Translations under genes and position numbers: made by a program
Part shown: in pieces, positions 1 to 9,546 of the stretch
Numbering within the stretch: the first letter of the stretch is position 1
Layout of the letters: the number at the start of each line of letters is the position of its first letter
Notes under the pieces: model-generated
The model's database searches: none
Told to the model about the DNA's origin: nothing
Seen by the model: only the letters and a program-made list of their open reading frames with translations
From: Gammaproteobacteria bacterium
GTDB taxonomy: Bacteria > Pseudomonadota > Gammaproteobacteria > GCA-001735895
Assembly: GCA_024229615.1 (NCBI GenBank)
Contig: JAAESG010000001.1
Span: 907-64,906 of the forward strand
Direction of reading: 5' to 3'
Length of the DNA stretch: 64,000 nt

Positions 1-496
1 CCTCCGTAGTCAGACGGTGCTTGCGCGAACAGGCGTTAGCCACCATTTCCAGCATGCGGGTGAAGGTGTTGGCCAATTCGGCGAAAATGTGCCGGTTGGA
101 TCTGGCGTTGTCGGCCAGATAGTCGTAGGCGCTGCCACCCATGCCGATGCAGTAATCCTGTTGAATGCCGTGTCGGGTGAAACGTTCGGGAAACAATGCG
201 CCGAGAAAAAGTGCCATATCTCCGAGTTGCTGCAACATCAGGCATCGTTCACGGGCATTGTCAGTCTCAATGGCATCGCTGTAGAGTAGCGCCAGTGGTC
301 TCAATGTCATCTGTCCGTCCTGAAAGGCAAACAGTTGCTCACTGCGACCGAAACGTTCCAGCAGACTACCCAGATACCAGCAGGTGTCCTCGTGCGGTGG
401 CGGGGAAAATCGCCTCGCGTAACGCGTCAACCGCCGGCTGAAGTAGCTGGAAAGGGATGTTTCTGTAATGGGTATTTGCTGCGAGTCATAGCGCAT
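1..496 (-). CDS. hypothetical protein; N-terminus at 496, C-terminus cut by the window edge
   Basis: Uninterrupted minus-strand reading frame from ATG (complement of 494-496) to position 1: MRYDSQQIPITETSL...ANACSRKHRLTTE, 165 codons. Absent from the ORF track only because it has no stop inside the window. No family recognised. Confidence 0.45.
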   Translation of the reverse strand, partial: MRYDSQQIPITETSLSSYFSRRLTRYARRFSPPPHEDTCWYLGSLLERFGRSEQLFAFQDGQMTLRPLALLYSDAIETDNARERCLMLQQLGDMALFLGALFPERFTRHGIQQDYCIGMGGSAYDYLADNARSNRHIFAELANTFTRMLEMVANACSRKHRLTTE

Positions 497-563
497 GGTT
501 ACCTCCAAACTCCATACCATTAATTCAACTATAGTCCAAATATTCCAGGTTTATCAATGCAGT

Positions 564-823
564 TAGCCTGCATATTGCATCGGTATCCCGGATGCTGACG
601 CCGGACAGATGCGGCTGAACGCCGGGCTGGACCGAAATCCATAGTCTAGCTATGGATTGAGGGAAGGCCAAGTTCAGGTGTATCTGTCCGGCGTCAGCGC
701 CGGGATAGGGCTTGGGCCGGTTACAAACGGTATTTTTAGTAGTATCCGAAATATTGCCAGCTTACTCCAACAATTCAATAGGTTAACTCAAGGGCGAGAC
801 CGACTGGAGCAATATGCAGGTTA
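564..823. repeat. MITE-like element, family 1, copy 1 (terminal inverted repeats TAGCCTGCATATTG / CAATATGCAGGTTA); carries an ~80-bp internal insertion with its own inverted segment
   Basis: Terminal inverted repeats read directly. About 85% identity with 5571-5751 over the shared parts, and with 13018-13146 in inverse orientation. Internal palindrome CCATAGTCTAGCTATGG. Confidence 0.6.
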
Positions 824-1414
824 GTGCCAAATCTCTTCACCTGACTGTCTAGCCTGGTTTCGAAATGCATTGCTATGACAGCCCGATATGTTGCCAATTG
901 CTGCGGAGTACTCAAGATTCAAAGTCATTCCGAGGCTAGTGAATCAAATATCAAATATCCTCCGGGATAGTCCAGATGACGAGAGAATTCGGAATACTGT
1001 TGCTGCTGTTTGCGGCCATGATCTATTCCCTGATTTTTATCTGGGGCAAGCGGTTGTCGCACCGGGATTCAGTCATATCCCTGACATTTTCCATGAGTCT
1101 GGGCGACGTTGATCATTGCCGCTTGTCTCTACGTTGCCCACCGCGAGGCCCTGCACTATAAAAGCTGTTAGCCTGAATACCACCACTGACGGAACAATCT
1201 GGGAGCACAGCTGAGATACCGCTGCACAAGCGAACGGTGGTTGCTCGATGCTTGTGATCATCAGGAGGTTATGACTCCAGGATTGAATCAGAGTCATCGA
1301 CACTGACCCCTTTTAATCAGCCCTTTATCAGGCATCCCTGGCCAGGTAGTCTTTTTCTACCCTCTACTGCGAATAAAGCGCATTACGATTACACTTCTTT
1401 GATAATACTACCGC

Positions 1415-1454
1415 TTGGCCTGGATCAATACAATTTGGCCTGGATCAATACAAT
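1415..1454 (+). repeat. perfect tandem direct repeat, 2 x 20 bp (TTGGCCTGGATCAATACAAT)
   Basis: Seen directly: 1415-1434 equals 1435-1454. Confidence 0.85.
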
Positions 1455-1610
1455 TTTAAAGGGCTGATGTCATTTTAGTATCGGCAACCGCTCCATAAGT
1501 TGTAAGTGGTTTGTGCTGACAATCAACCCTTTATATTCATCACTTTTAGACCAGGTTGCCTAAACAATAATTTCAGTGAATTTTAATCAGAAGATTCAGG
1601 AGAATAGGAC

Positions 1611-3128
1611 ATGAAGTCTGTAATAATTTTTGGCTCATTTATATTTACCCTTGCTACGGGTACGGTTGCGTTCGCTCACGAAGACGAGGCGGTGGTACCT
1701 GCAAACACGTACTTTGCGATGGCAGTGACCGAAAATTCGCACAATCACTATGGTGAAAACCTGCTGTATCTGGACTTCCAGGAGCACCCCGACACGACAA
1801 AAATTGCACCTCGGATTGTAATATCGCCACGCATCAAACCGGGTAGTCTGACGATAGACGGGAAGTCTGGCGACTGGAATCCTACCTATCTCACCAAAAT
1901 CTGGGGTCGGGTAATGAATAACTATCCGCTGAGTGAGTTCTATGACGCGGTGCCAGGTGAAATTACCATGGGGTCTGCATGGGATGAAGACTACGTTTAT
2001 TTCCTGGTGCAATGGGAGGACGCCAACCACGATGCTTCCATTCATCGAAACTTGTGGACTTACAACGGTGACAAATGGAGTAAAAAGAAACATGTAAAGC
2101 CCAATCCGGGTGCTCCAGCAGCCAATGCGATAAACACAACTGACGAAATTTTCGGCAGTGAAAGTGAAGACCGTGTCTTCTTCATGTTTCCGGTCAGAGA
2201 TATGCAGCGCAATTTCCGCGAAGGTGGGCTGGGTTGCGCCGCTTATTGTCATGCCAATGCTGAGCTTAGCGGTACATCGACCGAAGCTGCGGTCGGTGAG
2301 GACGTGGCTGCGATGCACACCAATGTGCCTGAGGACAAGGCAGATGTGTGGCACTGGACCTCCACGCGGTCATTGCCATCACACACGCTTAAAGATGGCC
2401 ATTTGGTATATGGTATCGGCGATTACAACGGCAGGAAAGGAGACAAGGGGAATGCCTCGACGGTCAACAATGACAGCAAGAAGTTAAAGCATTCCAAGAC
2501 AGGTCAGCCAGCCTTCATGAGCTATCGCGACTACGCTGCTGGTAATTATGGTTCAGATAACAAGGACAGGACAAAATTCGATCAAAGTGATGCGATACCG
2601 ATGCGGGAAGTCAAATTCGTCAAAGGGGATACTATTCCGTATTCGATTAACCGACCCTCTACCGGTGGTCGTGGCGATGTAACCGCGCTTGCCACATTTG
2701 ACGAAAAATCACATCGCTGGACCCTGGAGATAAAGCGGGCCCGCAATACCGGCGATGGTGATGATTACCAGTTTATGGTTGGTACCGACGCGAATGCACC
2801 CGATAATCCGGCTGCGATCATTGGCGATGCGAAGCGCGGCGAACAGTTGTATTTGACTCACGGCTGCTCGGCCTGCCATCAGGATAAAGGGCAAGGATTA
2901 TTTCAGGGAGGAAAGTGGACCTTCCCCCGGATACAACGCAGCTCCGGAGCAACAATTCTGAAAACGGTGCGTTTCAATCGTGAAATGCGCGGAGCGGTAA
3001 GGTCTTTCATTGCTGATGAAATGAAAAAATCGGCTCAAAGAATCATGCCGGATATCCAGATAAGCGAACAGGAAGCGGAAGATATTGCCAGCTGGCTACA
3101 GCTACAGTTCACGACACTTGGAAATTGA
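1611..3128 (+). CDS. secreted di-haem c-type cytochrome with a large N-terminal non-cytochrome domain
   Basis: N-terminal signal peptide MKSVIIFGSFIFTLATGTVAFA. Two CxxCH haem-c motifs (CAAYCH and CSACH). C-terminal class-I cytochrome c-like segment GEQLYLTHGCSACHQDKGQG. AGGAGA ribosome-binding site before the ATG. Confidence 0.75.
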   Translation: MKSVIIFGSFIFTLATGTVAFAHEDEAVVPANTYFAMAVTENSHNHYGENLLYLDFQEHPDTTKIAPRIVISPRIKPGSLTIDGKSGDWNPTYLTKIWGRVMNNYPLSEFYDAVPGEITMGSAWDEDYVYFLVQWEDANHDASIHRNLWTYNGDKWSKKKHVKPNPGAPAANAINTTDEIFGSESEDRVFFMFPVRDMQRNFREGGLGCAAYCHANAELSGTSTEAAVGEDVAAMHTNVPEDKADVWHWTSTRSLPSHTLKDGHLVYGIGDYNGRKGDKGNASTVNNDSKKLKHSKTGQPAFMSYRDYAAGNYGSDNKDRTKFDQSDAIPMREVKFVKGDTIPYSINRPSTGGRGDVTALATFDEKSHRWTLEIKRARNTGDGDDYQFMVGTDANAPDNPAAIIGDAKRGEQLYLTHGCSACHQDKGQGLFQGGKWTFPRIQRSSGATILKTVRFNREMRGAVRSFIADEMKKSAQRIMPDIQISEQEAEDIASWLQLQFTTLGN

Positions 3129-3225
3129 GCGATTCACTTCAATAGGTATGAGTACCCGGGGCTTGATGCTGGCCCCGGTCACTCGCTAAACTCACGGCTC
3201 CGGTCTTTGCCAGCTATAAATGTCA

Positions 3226-3263
3226 ATACCCCGGTCAACGATGTTGACCGGGGTATTTTCTTT
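3226..3263 (+). terminator. rho-independent terminator after the cytochrome gene
   Basis: Hairpin ATACCCCGGTCAAC-gat-GTTGACCGGGGTAT followed by TTTTCTTTC. Confidence 0.6.
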
Positions 3264-3334
3264 CGTGCATCGGGATTAAACTCTATACCTTGCTCGATCA
3301 TCCAGAGCTACACTTTCAATGAGGACATCAATCC

Positions 3335-4033
3335 TTGCTTCGTGTCATATTGTGGAAACTCGGTTCTGAGTGGGCGCAGATAAAAAGAATCCTGGCGCCG
3401 GGCACGGGCCGAAAAATATACTACTTCGCATTCGGTGCAAATCTCTGCCAGACGGTGCTGGATCTACGTCGGATTACGGTGTTCGAGGCATTTGACTTCG
3501 TGCTCGATGATGCAGTTCTGCGCTTTAGCCAATCCGGTTTCTACAAGGATCACGGCTATGCATCGGCCGATGCTGCTGGCGGAGAGGTGGTGTATGGCAG
3601 GATGTATCTGATACTGGAACGAGACGCGGAGCGCATGGACTACTACGAAGGGGTCCCTTTTCTTGGCGCGCATGAGAAAGTATTTCGCGAGGCGGATGAG
3701 TTTAAATACTTCTTTTATCGAGCCACCAGCATAAGCGATGGATTGAAACCCACCCGGGAGTACCTCGATTATCTGGTTACGGCCTATCGTCAGATGCCTA
3801 ATGTGCCGCAAACCTATACTGAGTCAATCGCGGCTACCGAGGTGCTCGAATACTTCATACCGTCGGATCAAACAGGAGAATTCGTCAAGGATCTTAATCG
3901 TTGGCCGTCTTTCATGCGCCCGCTATTGATTTACTACGAAGGGATTTGTCTAAGGCTGATCGAATTACTGTGGAACCGGTCGTTGTTCAAATGGATGATT
4001 AAAAGCTCGAACAAGGTTAACCCCGGCCATTAG
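3335..4033 (+). CDS. gamma-glutamyl cyclotransferase-like (AIG2/GGCT fold) protein; start uncertain (TTG at 3335)
   Basis: YYFAFGANL motif (family YFAYGSNL) and DYYEGVP...Y.R motif typical of GGCT-like proteins. Confidence 0.55.
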   Translation: MLRVILWKLGSEWAQIKRILAPGTGRKIYYFAFGANLCQTVLDLRRITVFEAFDFVLDDAVLRFSQSGFYKDHGYASADAAGGEVVYGRMYLILERDAERMDYYEGVPFLGAHEKVFREADEFKYFFYRATSISDGLKPTREYLDYLVTAYRQMPNVPQTYTESIAATEVLEYFIPSDQTGEFVKDLNRWPSFMRPLLIYYEGICLRLIELLWNRSLFKWMIKSSNKVNPGH

Positions 4034-4265
4034 ATTCGAGGCTTTCCGTTGTCCGACCAAAGGAGTACCGGTATAGTTGCCCGCCGTGACTGCCGACAGC
4101 AGGCATGACAATTGACGAAATTAGTCTGTGAGTGCTATGTATATACCGAAATTTAATACCAAATATGAGCCCTCAGTGATTGTTTTCATGCCACAAGAAT
4201 GCATAAAATTGAGTTTCCTCGCGTAAGCTAGAAACTTACCGGTTTACTCACTTTTGGTAGGAACC

Positions 4266-5459
4266 ATGTTAGAGAAAATTTCCGCAGCACCCGCCGACCC
4301 GATTCTGGGTCTCAATGATGAATTCAATAGCGATCCGCGCGACAACAAAATTAATCTGGGCATCGGTGTGTACAAAGATGCCACCGGAAAAACCCCGGTG
4401 TTGACTGCCGTTAAGAAGGCTGAAGCTAATCTGCTTGAAATGGAAAACAGTAAATCCTATCTGAGTATTCCCGGTCCCGCCGACTATGCGCTGGCAGTAC
4501 AGAAACTGTTGTTTGGTGAAAACGCACAGCTTGTCGCCGACATGCGTGCGCAGACGGCACAAGCTCCCGGTGGTACAGGCGGACTTCGCCTTGCAGCAGA
4601 ATTGATCAAACGTCAGCTTGGTGATGTGACGGTATGGGTGAGTGATCCCACCTGGGCCAACCACATGGGAATTTTTGCTGCCGTAGGCCTCGAAGTCGCA
4701 CGCTACAACTACTACGACGCCGCTGCTCACAACATGGACTTCGAGGCGGCCATAGGAGATCTGGCTAGCGCCAGGGCAGGGGATGTGGTGCTGTTTCATG
4801 GTTGCTGTCACAACCCTACCGGGATAGATCCGGATGCAGGACAATGGCGGCAGCTGGCCGAATTGTGTGCTGACAGGGGGTTGTTGCCACTGTTTGATTT
4901 CGCCTATCAGGGATTTGCGCGTGGATTACAGGAGGATGCCGAAGGACTACGAATATTTGCCGAGCTTTGTGACGAGATTTTTGTCGCCAGCTCGTTCTCG
5001 AAAAATTTTGGTATTTATAGCGAGCGCACGGGTGCCTTCACGCTGGTAGCTAAAACCAGTGAAATTGCTGCTACGGTTTTTAGCCAATTGAAAAGCATCA
5101 TCCGGGTGATTTACTCCAACCCCCCGAAACACGGTGGTGCGCTGGTGACGCATATTCTCAACGATCCAGAATTGCGTACCGAATGGGAGGCCGAGTTAAC
5201 CGAAATGCGTGCTCGCGTGCGTAAAATGCGTAAGCTGTTCGTGGCAACCTTGAAGGAGAAGGGTGTGACCACTGATTTCAGTTTCATCGAACGACAGAAC
5301 GGGATGTTTTCATTCTCAGGCCTGAACCAGGAGCAGGTGCTGAAAATGCGAGAGAACAGTGCCGTGTACGCGGTTAATTCCGGGCGTTTTAACGTCGCTG
5401 CGATGACCGAGAGTAATATGGAAGCGCTTTGCGTGGCGATTGCAGCAGTCGTGAACTAG
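4266..5459 (+). CDS. aspartate/aromatic-amino-acid aminotransferase (AspC/TyrB family, class I PLP)
   Basis: [38 protein letters not shown]...[15 protein letters not shown] matches the AspC/TyrB N-terminus and PLP-lysine region. Track start 4254 is a TTG; ATG 4266 is preceded by GGTAGGA. Confidence 0.85.
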   Translation: MLEKISAAPADPILGLNDEFNSDPRDNKINLGIGVYKDATGKTPVLTAVKKAEANLLEMENSKSYLSIPGPADYALAVQKLLFGENAQLVADMRAQTAQAPGGTGGLRLAAELIKRQLGDVTVWVSDPTWANHMGIFAAVGLEVARYNYYDAAAHNMDFEAAIGDLASARAGDVVLFHGCCHNPTGIDPDAGQWRQLAELCADRGLLPLFDFAYQGFARGLQEDAEGLRIFAELCDEIFVASSFSKNFGIYSERTGAFTLVAKTSEIAATVFSQLKSIIRVIYSNPPKHGGALVTHILNDPELRTEWEAELTEMRARVRKMRKLFVATLKEKGVTTDFSFIERQNGMFSFSGLNQEQVLKMRENSAVYAVNSGRFNVAAMTESNMEALCVAIAAVVN

Positions 5460-5570
5460 TGAAGCCAGCGCCGGCTGGCTCACATTTCATGTGGCGTATA
5501 GCGTTGTATTTATGAGCCGTTTCGGGCCAGGGATTCGTGGGGAGATTTCACTGAATCCGATGCGGATTGC

Positions 5571-5751
5571 TAGCCTGCATATTGCATCAGCATCACGGAT
5601 GCTGACGCCGGACAGATGCGGCTGAACGCCGGGCTAGGGTTCAGGCCGGTTATAAATTGCACAGTCTCATTTGGTAGGAAAACCATCGATTAATCTTTCA
5701 TATTCAATGGATTATGACAAGGCTTGAGACCGACTGGTGAAATATTCAGGC
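5571..5751. repeat. MITE-like element, family 1, copy 2 (TAGCCTGCATATTGCA ... TGAAATATTCAGGC)
   Basis: Terminal inverted repeats and internal sequence homologous to 564-823 and, in reverse complement, to 13018-13146. Sits between the convergent aspC-like and VOC genes. Confidence 0.6.
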
Positions 5752-5820
5752 TCGGTGCTATTGCCTGAAATTGCGATGAACGGGTCTGATGCCAGCAGTC
5801 AAGCCTGGAATTCCTCCGCC

Positions 5821-6120
5821 TCAGACCGGTAAGTCGCTGACATGACTCGAATTGAATTTAATCAGTGTGCCCCCCGGTTCACGCAGTTCGAATTCGTCGT
5901 GAATGCTTCCGCGCTCAATTGCACCGGGTTTTAATCCCAATTCCGTATATTGACGGTGGCTTGCATCGATATCCTCGACCATCAGGTCGAAGGCTCCCTT
6001 GATGAGTTCCGATTCGGGGTCGGCGGTGAGTACCAGGTGTGTGCCACCACGCATTTCGAGTATCGCGAAATTATCAGCACTGAAAACCAGGCGCATGGGC
6101 GATGAGCTGCATAAACTCAC
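5821..6120 (-). CDS. VOC (glyoxalase/bleomycin-resistance fold) family protein, short
   Basis: Sequence LVFSADNFAILEMRGGTHLVLT...GTLIKF resembles a single VOC module; weak. Confidence 0.5.
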   Translation of the reverse strand: MSLCSSSPMRLVFSADNFAILEMRGGTHLVLTADPESELIKGAFDLMVEDIDASHRQYTELGLKPGAIERGSIHDEFELREPGGTLIKFNSSHVSDLPV

Positions 6121-6207
6121 TCGATTCGGTTACTCGCTCGGTGTGCATGGTGACATGTCCGATCCAGACAGGGGGCCTTTTTTCTCCAGTATCTTTCAAC
6201 TTCTGAT

Positions 6208-6828
6208 CTATCCGTTGCTATTTGTAGTTACCGCTTTTTCGATCAATGGCACTAACGACTCGGGTAGTTTGACGGCTCCCGAGAGCGCGAATTCATGCGC
6301 ATTAGCAGACATCTTGTTCCAGGTTTTTTGCACAATTTCTATCCATTTCTGCTCGCTATAATCCGCATGCTTGCTGACGAATTCGAGCATGTAGTGTTCC
6401 AGAAAAACCAGATCGGTGACATCTTCCAGTAACTGGGTGTCTGGATTGCCCTTGATATTCTTCTTTGCAACCGCCTTCCTGACGCGTTCGATCTCTGCGT
6501 CCCCATAACCTGCCTGCGCGAGCAATTCGGCTGCGGTGTTGGCCTGAATCTTGTACAGGTCCTTGCGCCATTGCAGGTAACCGATGCGGTCCATCGGATA
6601 GGCATTGCGAGGCGATTTCCAGCGTTCGATATGCTGCGCACGAATGGCGAGCTTCATCGCATCGTCGGCGACGGGGTTGTAACGCTGCAGCATATCCGAC
6701 ATGCGTTCGGAATAGAGCAATTCCTTGGGCCAGTCCTTGCCGTCCGCGCTAGCCTGATTCGGGTCTTCACGGTTGGCGGCGTCGATCAGCTCACGGGCCT
6801 TGTCATAAATTGATTGTTCTTGAGACAT
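6208..6828 (-). CDS. DUF4202 domain protein
   Basis: Strong resemblance to DUF4202 proteins (ANREDPNQ...KELLYSERMSDML...AIRAQHIERW...YPMDRIGYLQWRKDL...LEDV.DLVFLEHY). Confidence 0.7.
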   Translation of the reverse strand: MSQEQSIYDKARELIDAANREDPNQASADGKDWPKELLYSERMSDMLQRYNPVADDAMKLAIRAQHIERWKSPRNAYPMDRIGYLQWRKDLYKIQANTAAELLAQAGYGDAEIERVRKAVAKKNIKGNPDTQLLEDVTDLVFLEHYMLEFVSKHADYSEQKWIEIVQKTWNKMSANAHEFALSGAVKLPESLVPLIEKAVTTNSNG

Positions 6829-6920
6829 GAAGTTTTCTGTGGGACTCCTGATGGTTGAGGTGCAGCCAGATTATACCTGCTCGAGCTGGATTTCTGCGAG
6901 CCCCACTTTAGCAAAAGTAT

Positions 6921-7706
6921 TCAGGCGGGCTTTCTTCCTCTCAAGTGAGCCGGGCGCAATTGGCCCTGGTCGATAGCGATGATCAACTTGTCCCAGACCT
7001 TGATTTCATGTTCGAGAAACTCACTTCCCACCTTCGATGACAGCCCGGCATACAAAACACCGCCCAGTTGTTCACGCTCAAGGCGTGCCTGCTGACGGTA
7101 CCAGTCATTGCGGTCCAGAATTTCGATGTCTGCAAATCCGGTGCCCTGCAAAGCCCGTAAATATGTTTTGGCCGACGCGAGCCCAAAATCCAGGCCCTCC
7201 GCAACCAGGTAAGCCTGCATCTCGGCAGAAGGTTCACCTTCGTATCCTGCTAGCCAGTCACTGGCGACAAACCAGCCACCAGGTTCGAGCACCCGATAGA
7301 CGTCGTTGGCAAGGGCCTGTTTGTCCGGGATATGTATGATTGAATCCTTGCTGGTGACGATGTCAAAACTCGCGTCGTCAAATTCCAGTGGACCAGGATC
7401 GACGCAGATAAATTTGCTTTGCGTCTCCACCTTAAATTTTCGCGCGAGTAGATTGCAACGTTCGATCAGTGACGGGTTGACATCGATTCCGGTGACCAGC
7501 GCCGCGCGATGATGTTTGATTAGATGAATGTCTACGCCGCCAAGACCACAGCCGATATCGAGTACCGAAAGCCCTTCAAGCTTAACCCCATGCAGATAGC
7601 GGTCTACCTCTTCGGTTCCGCCCGGCGACATGAAGCCCTCTCCCCAGAGGGACTCGAGCAAGGCTATGAGATTATCGTCGTATTCCTGATATTCCTGATC
7701 ACCCAT
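6921..7706 (-). CDS. class I SAM-dependent methyltransferase (phosphoethanolamine N-methyltransferase-like)
   Basis: Methyltransferase motif I VLDIGCGLGG and post-motif acidic loop. ATG at 7706 preferred over the GTG at 7751 because 7751 lies inside the upstream terminator hairpin. Confidence 0.75.
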   Translation of the reverse strand: MGDQEYQEYDDNLIALLESLWGEGFMSPGGTEEVDRYLHGVKLEGLSVLDIGCGLGGVDIHLIKHHRAALVTGIDVNPSLIERCNLLARKFKVETQSKFICVDPGPLEFDDASFDIVTSKDSIIHIPDKQALANDVYRVLEPGGWFVASDWLAGYEGEPSAEMQAYLVAEGLDFGLASAKTYLRALQGTGFADIEILDRNDWYRQQARLEREQLGGVLYAGLSSKVGSEFLEHEIKVWDKLIIAIDQGQLRPAHLRGRKPA

Positions 7707-7750
7707 TGATTGTTTTTCTCTGTTGCGAGGATAGCTATAAATTTTAGGCA

Positions 7751-7810
7751 CCGGCTATAAAAGCCGGGGTGTGTTTTACCTGAACCTGCGGATTCAGGTT
7801 TTATTTTTCT
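7751..7810. terminator. two adjacent hairpins forming a bidirectional terminator region downstream of the Rieske-GltS gene
   Basis: CCGGCT-ataaa-AGCCGG (7751-7767) and CCTGAA-cctgcgga-TTCAGG followed by TTTTATTTTT (7779-7810). Confidence 0.5.
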
Positions 7811-7841
7811 CCCGATGGCAGCAGAAATCCTGCGCCAGCTA

Positions 7842-9461
7842 TCAATCGAGCGATACTCCTCCATAAGCGATGCCCGATAGATGTGCGATTTCACGGTCCC
7901 AGGTGGTCAAATCGTCGATACAGAACTGGTTCAGGTGCTGGTGACCGCAGGCTCTGGCCATAACCTGCATCAATTCGGTTGATGCGCACAGAAAATTACT
8001 CAACTGTTGAGCACCCTTGTCGATTTTCAGACGTTGCCGCAGTTCGGGTTTCTGGGTCGCGATGCCAACCGGACAATTATTGGTGTGACAGGCGCGCATG
8101 CCGAGGCAGCCGATAGATTGTAAGGCAGAGTTGGAAATAGCTATGGCGTCCGCGCCGAGCGCCAGCGCCTTGATAAAGTCAGCGGGTAAACGCAGACCAC
8201 CGGTGATTACCAACGATATGTCGTTGCGGCCTTTCTTCTCCAGATAACGTCTGGCGCGCGCCAGGGCGGGTATGGTCGGTACCGAGATATTGTCGCGGAA
8301 GATCAACGGCGCGGCACCGGTACCGCCGCCACGACCGTCGAGAATGATGTAGTCAACGCCGATCTGTAACGAGGCTTCGATGTCGCGTTCGATATGCTGG
8401 GCCGACAATTTGACGCCGATCGGAATTCCATCCGTGGCTTCACGCACTTCGGCTGCGAAACGGCGGTAGTCGTCGATATTATCCCAATCAGGAAAATGCG
8501 CGGGTGAAATGGCGGGCTCACCTTCATTAAGTCCGCGAACCTCAGCGATGCGTCCTTTAACCTTGCTTCCAGGTAAATGACCCCCTGTGCCGGTTTTAGC
8601 ACCCTGCCCACACTTGAAGTGAAAGGCCTGACACATGGCCACCTTGTCCATCGAGTAACCGAACCGCGCCGAGGCGAGTTCATACAGGTATCGACTGTTT
8701 GCCGATTGCTCGTCCGGTAGCATGCCACCTTCGCCCGAACAAATGCCGGTACCGGCGAGCTCGGCGCCCTGCGCCAGCGCAACCTTGGCTTCCTCGGACA
8801 ATGCGCCGAAGCTCATGTCCGATACGAATAGCGGGCGCTCGAGTAAAAGCGGCTTGTTGGCATTCGGGCCGATCACGACTTCAGTAGCGACGGGATCTTC
8901 ATCGAGTGCCGGAACCTTGTGCAGTTGCGCGGTTAGCAGCTGGATCTGTTCCCATTTGGGCAGTTCATCGCGAGGAACGCCCATTGCGCTAACGCGGCCA
9001 TGATGGCCAACCTTTGTCAGGCCGTGTTCGGCCAGGTGTTGAATATATTGGGTGTGCGGCTCTTCAGCAGCTCCATGGACATCCTGGTACAGACCCTGGT
9101 AGGCATGGCGGTTGTAGGGCTGCGGGTTAGCCTGTTCCCAGGCCCTGATTTCATCCTCATCGACCAGTACCTGACCGTTTTCGATCCATGACTCGAAACG
9201 ATCCAGCCGTTCTGAGTTGTTATAGGCGCTGACCCCGGATTTGTAGTTGTAGTCCCAGTTATGCAACCCGCAGATCAAATCATTTCCGTGAACATGTCCA
9301 TCCGACATTAGCGCGCCACGGTGTGCGCAGCGTCCATACAGAACTGATGCAGCATCATCATCCTGCCAGCGAATCACCACCAGATCGACCCCCGCGACCA
9401 GCGCATAGGTAGGGTCGAGCGGCTTCAGTTCGGAAAATTTGGCGATCGATATTTTATTCAT
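7842..9461 (-). CDS. Rieske [2Fe-2S] domain fused to a glutamate-synthase-like FMN/Fe-S (GltS central domain) oxidoreductase
   Basis: N-terminal Rieske motifs CAHRG...17...CGLHNW. Remainder matches glutamate synthase central-domain family proteins (FMN-binding GxGG region, LITGGLR, Cys-rich stretch). Confidence 0.8.
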   Translation of the reverse strand: MNKISIAKFSELKPLDPTYALVAGVDLVVIRWQDDDAASVLYGRCAHRGALMSDGHVHGNDLICGLHNWDYNYKSGVSAYNNSERLDRFESWIENGQVLVDEDEIRAWEQANPQPYNRHAYQGLYQDVHGAAEEPHTQYIQHLAEHGLTKVGHHGRVSAMGVPRDELPKWEQIQLLTAQLHKVPALDEDPVATEVVIGPNANKPLLLERPLFVSDMSFGALSEEAKVALAQGAELAGTGICSGEGGMLPDEQSANSRYLYELASARFGYSMDKVAMCQAFHFKCGQGAKTGTGGHLPGSKVKGRIAEVRGLNEGEPAISPAHFPDWDNIDDYRRFAAEVREATDGIPIGVKLSAQHIERDIEASLQIGVDYIILDGRGGGTGAAPLIFRDNISVPTIPALARARRYLEKKGRNDISLVITGGLRLPADFIKALALGADAIAISNSALQSIGCLGMRACHTNNCPVGIATQKPELRQRLKIDKGAQQLSNFLCASTELMQVMARACGHQHLNQFCIDDLTTWDREIAHLSGIAYGGVSLD

Positions 9462-9546
9462 AATAAAATCCGGCGACTAATTGTTAATGTGAATCGATGA
9501 CGATGCTATGACCAATCCGGGAAACTGTCGATCAATTAAATTGCCT

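Noticed and set aside
888-1303. Short ORFs (61-76 aa) in the 1.1-kb region upstream of the cytochrome gene
   Set aside because: No ribosome-binding sites, they overlap one another on both strands, and they have no recognisable motifs; treated as non-coding.
1415-1454. CRISPR-like array
   Set aside because: Only two directly adjacent 20-mers with no spacers and no cas genes: a simple tandem duplication.
4269-4844. Long antisense ORFs inside well-supported genes (for example 4269-4844 -, 8303-8782 -, 15442-16317 +, 33694-34188 -)
   Set aside because: Expected artefact of 55-60% GC coding DNA; each lies within a gene that has strong family signatures on the other strand.
7779-7810. Strong plus-strand intrinsic terminator with no plus-strand gene upstream
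   Set aside because: Interpreted as the second hairpin of a bidirectional terminator for the minus-strand Rieske-GltS gene rather than evidence of an unannotated plus-strand transcript.
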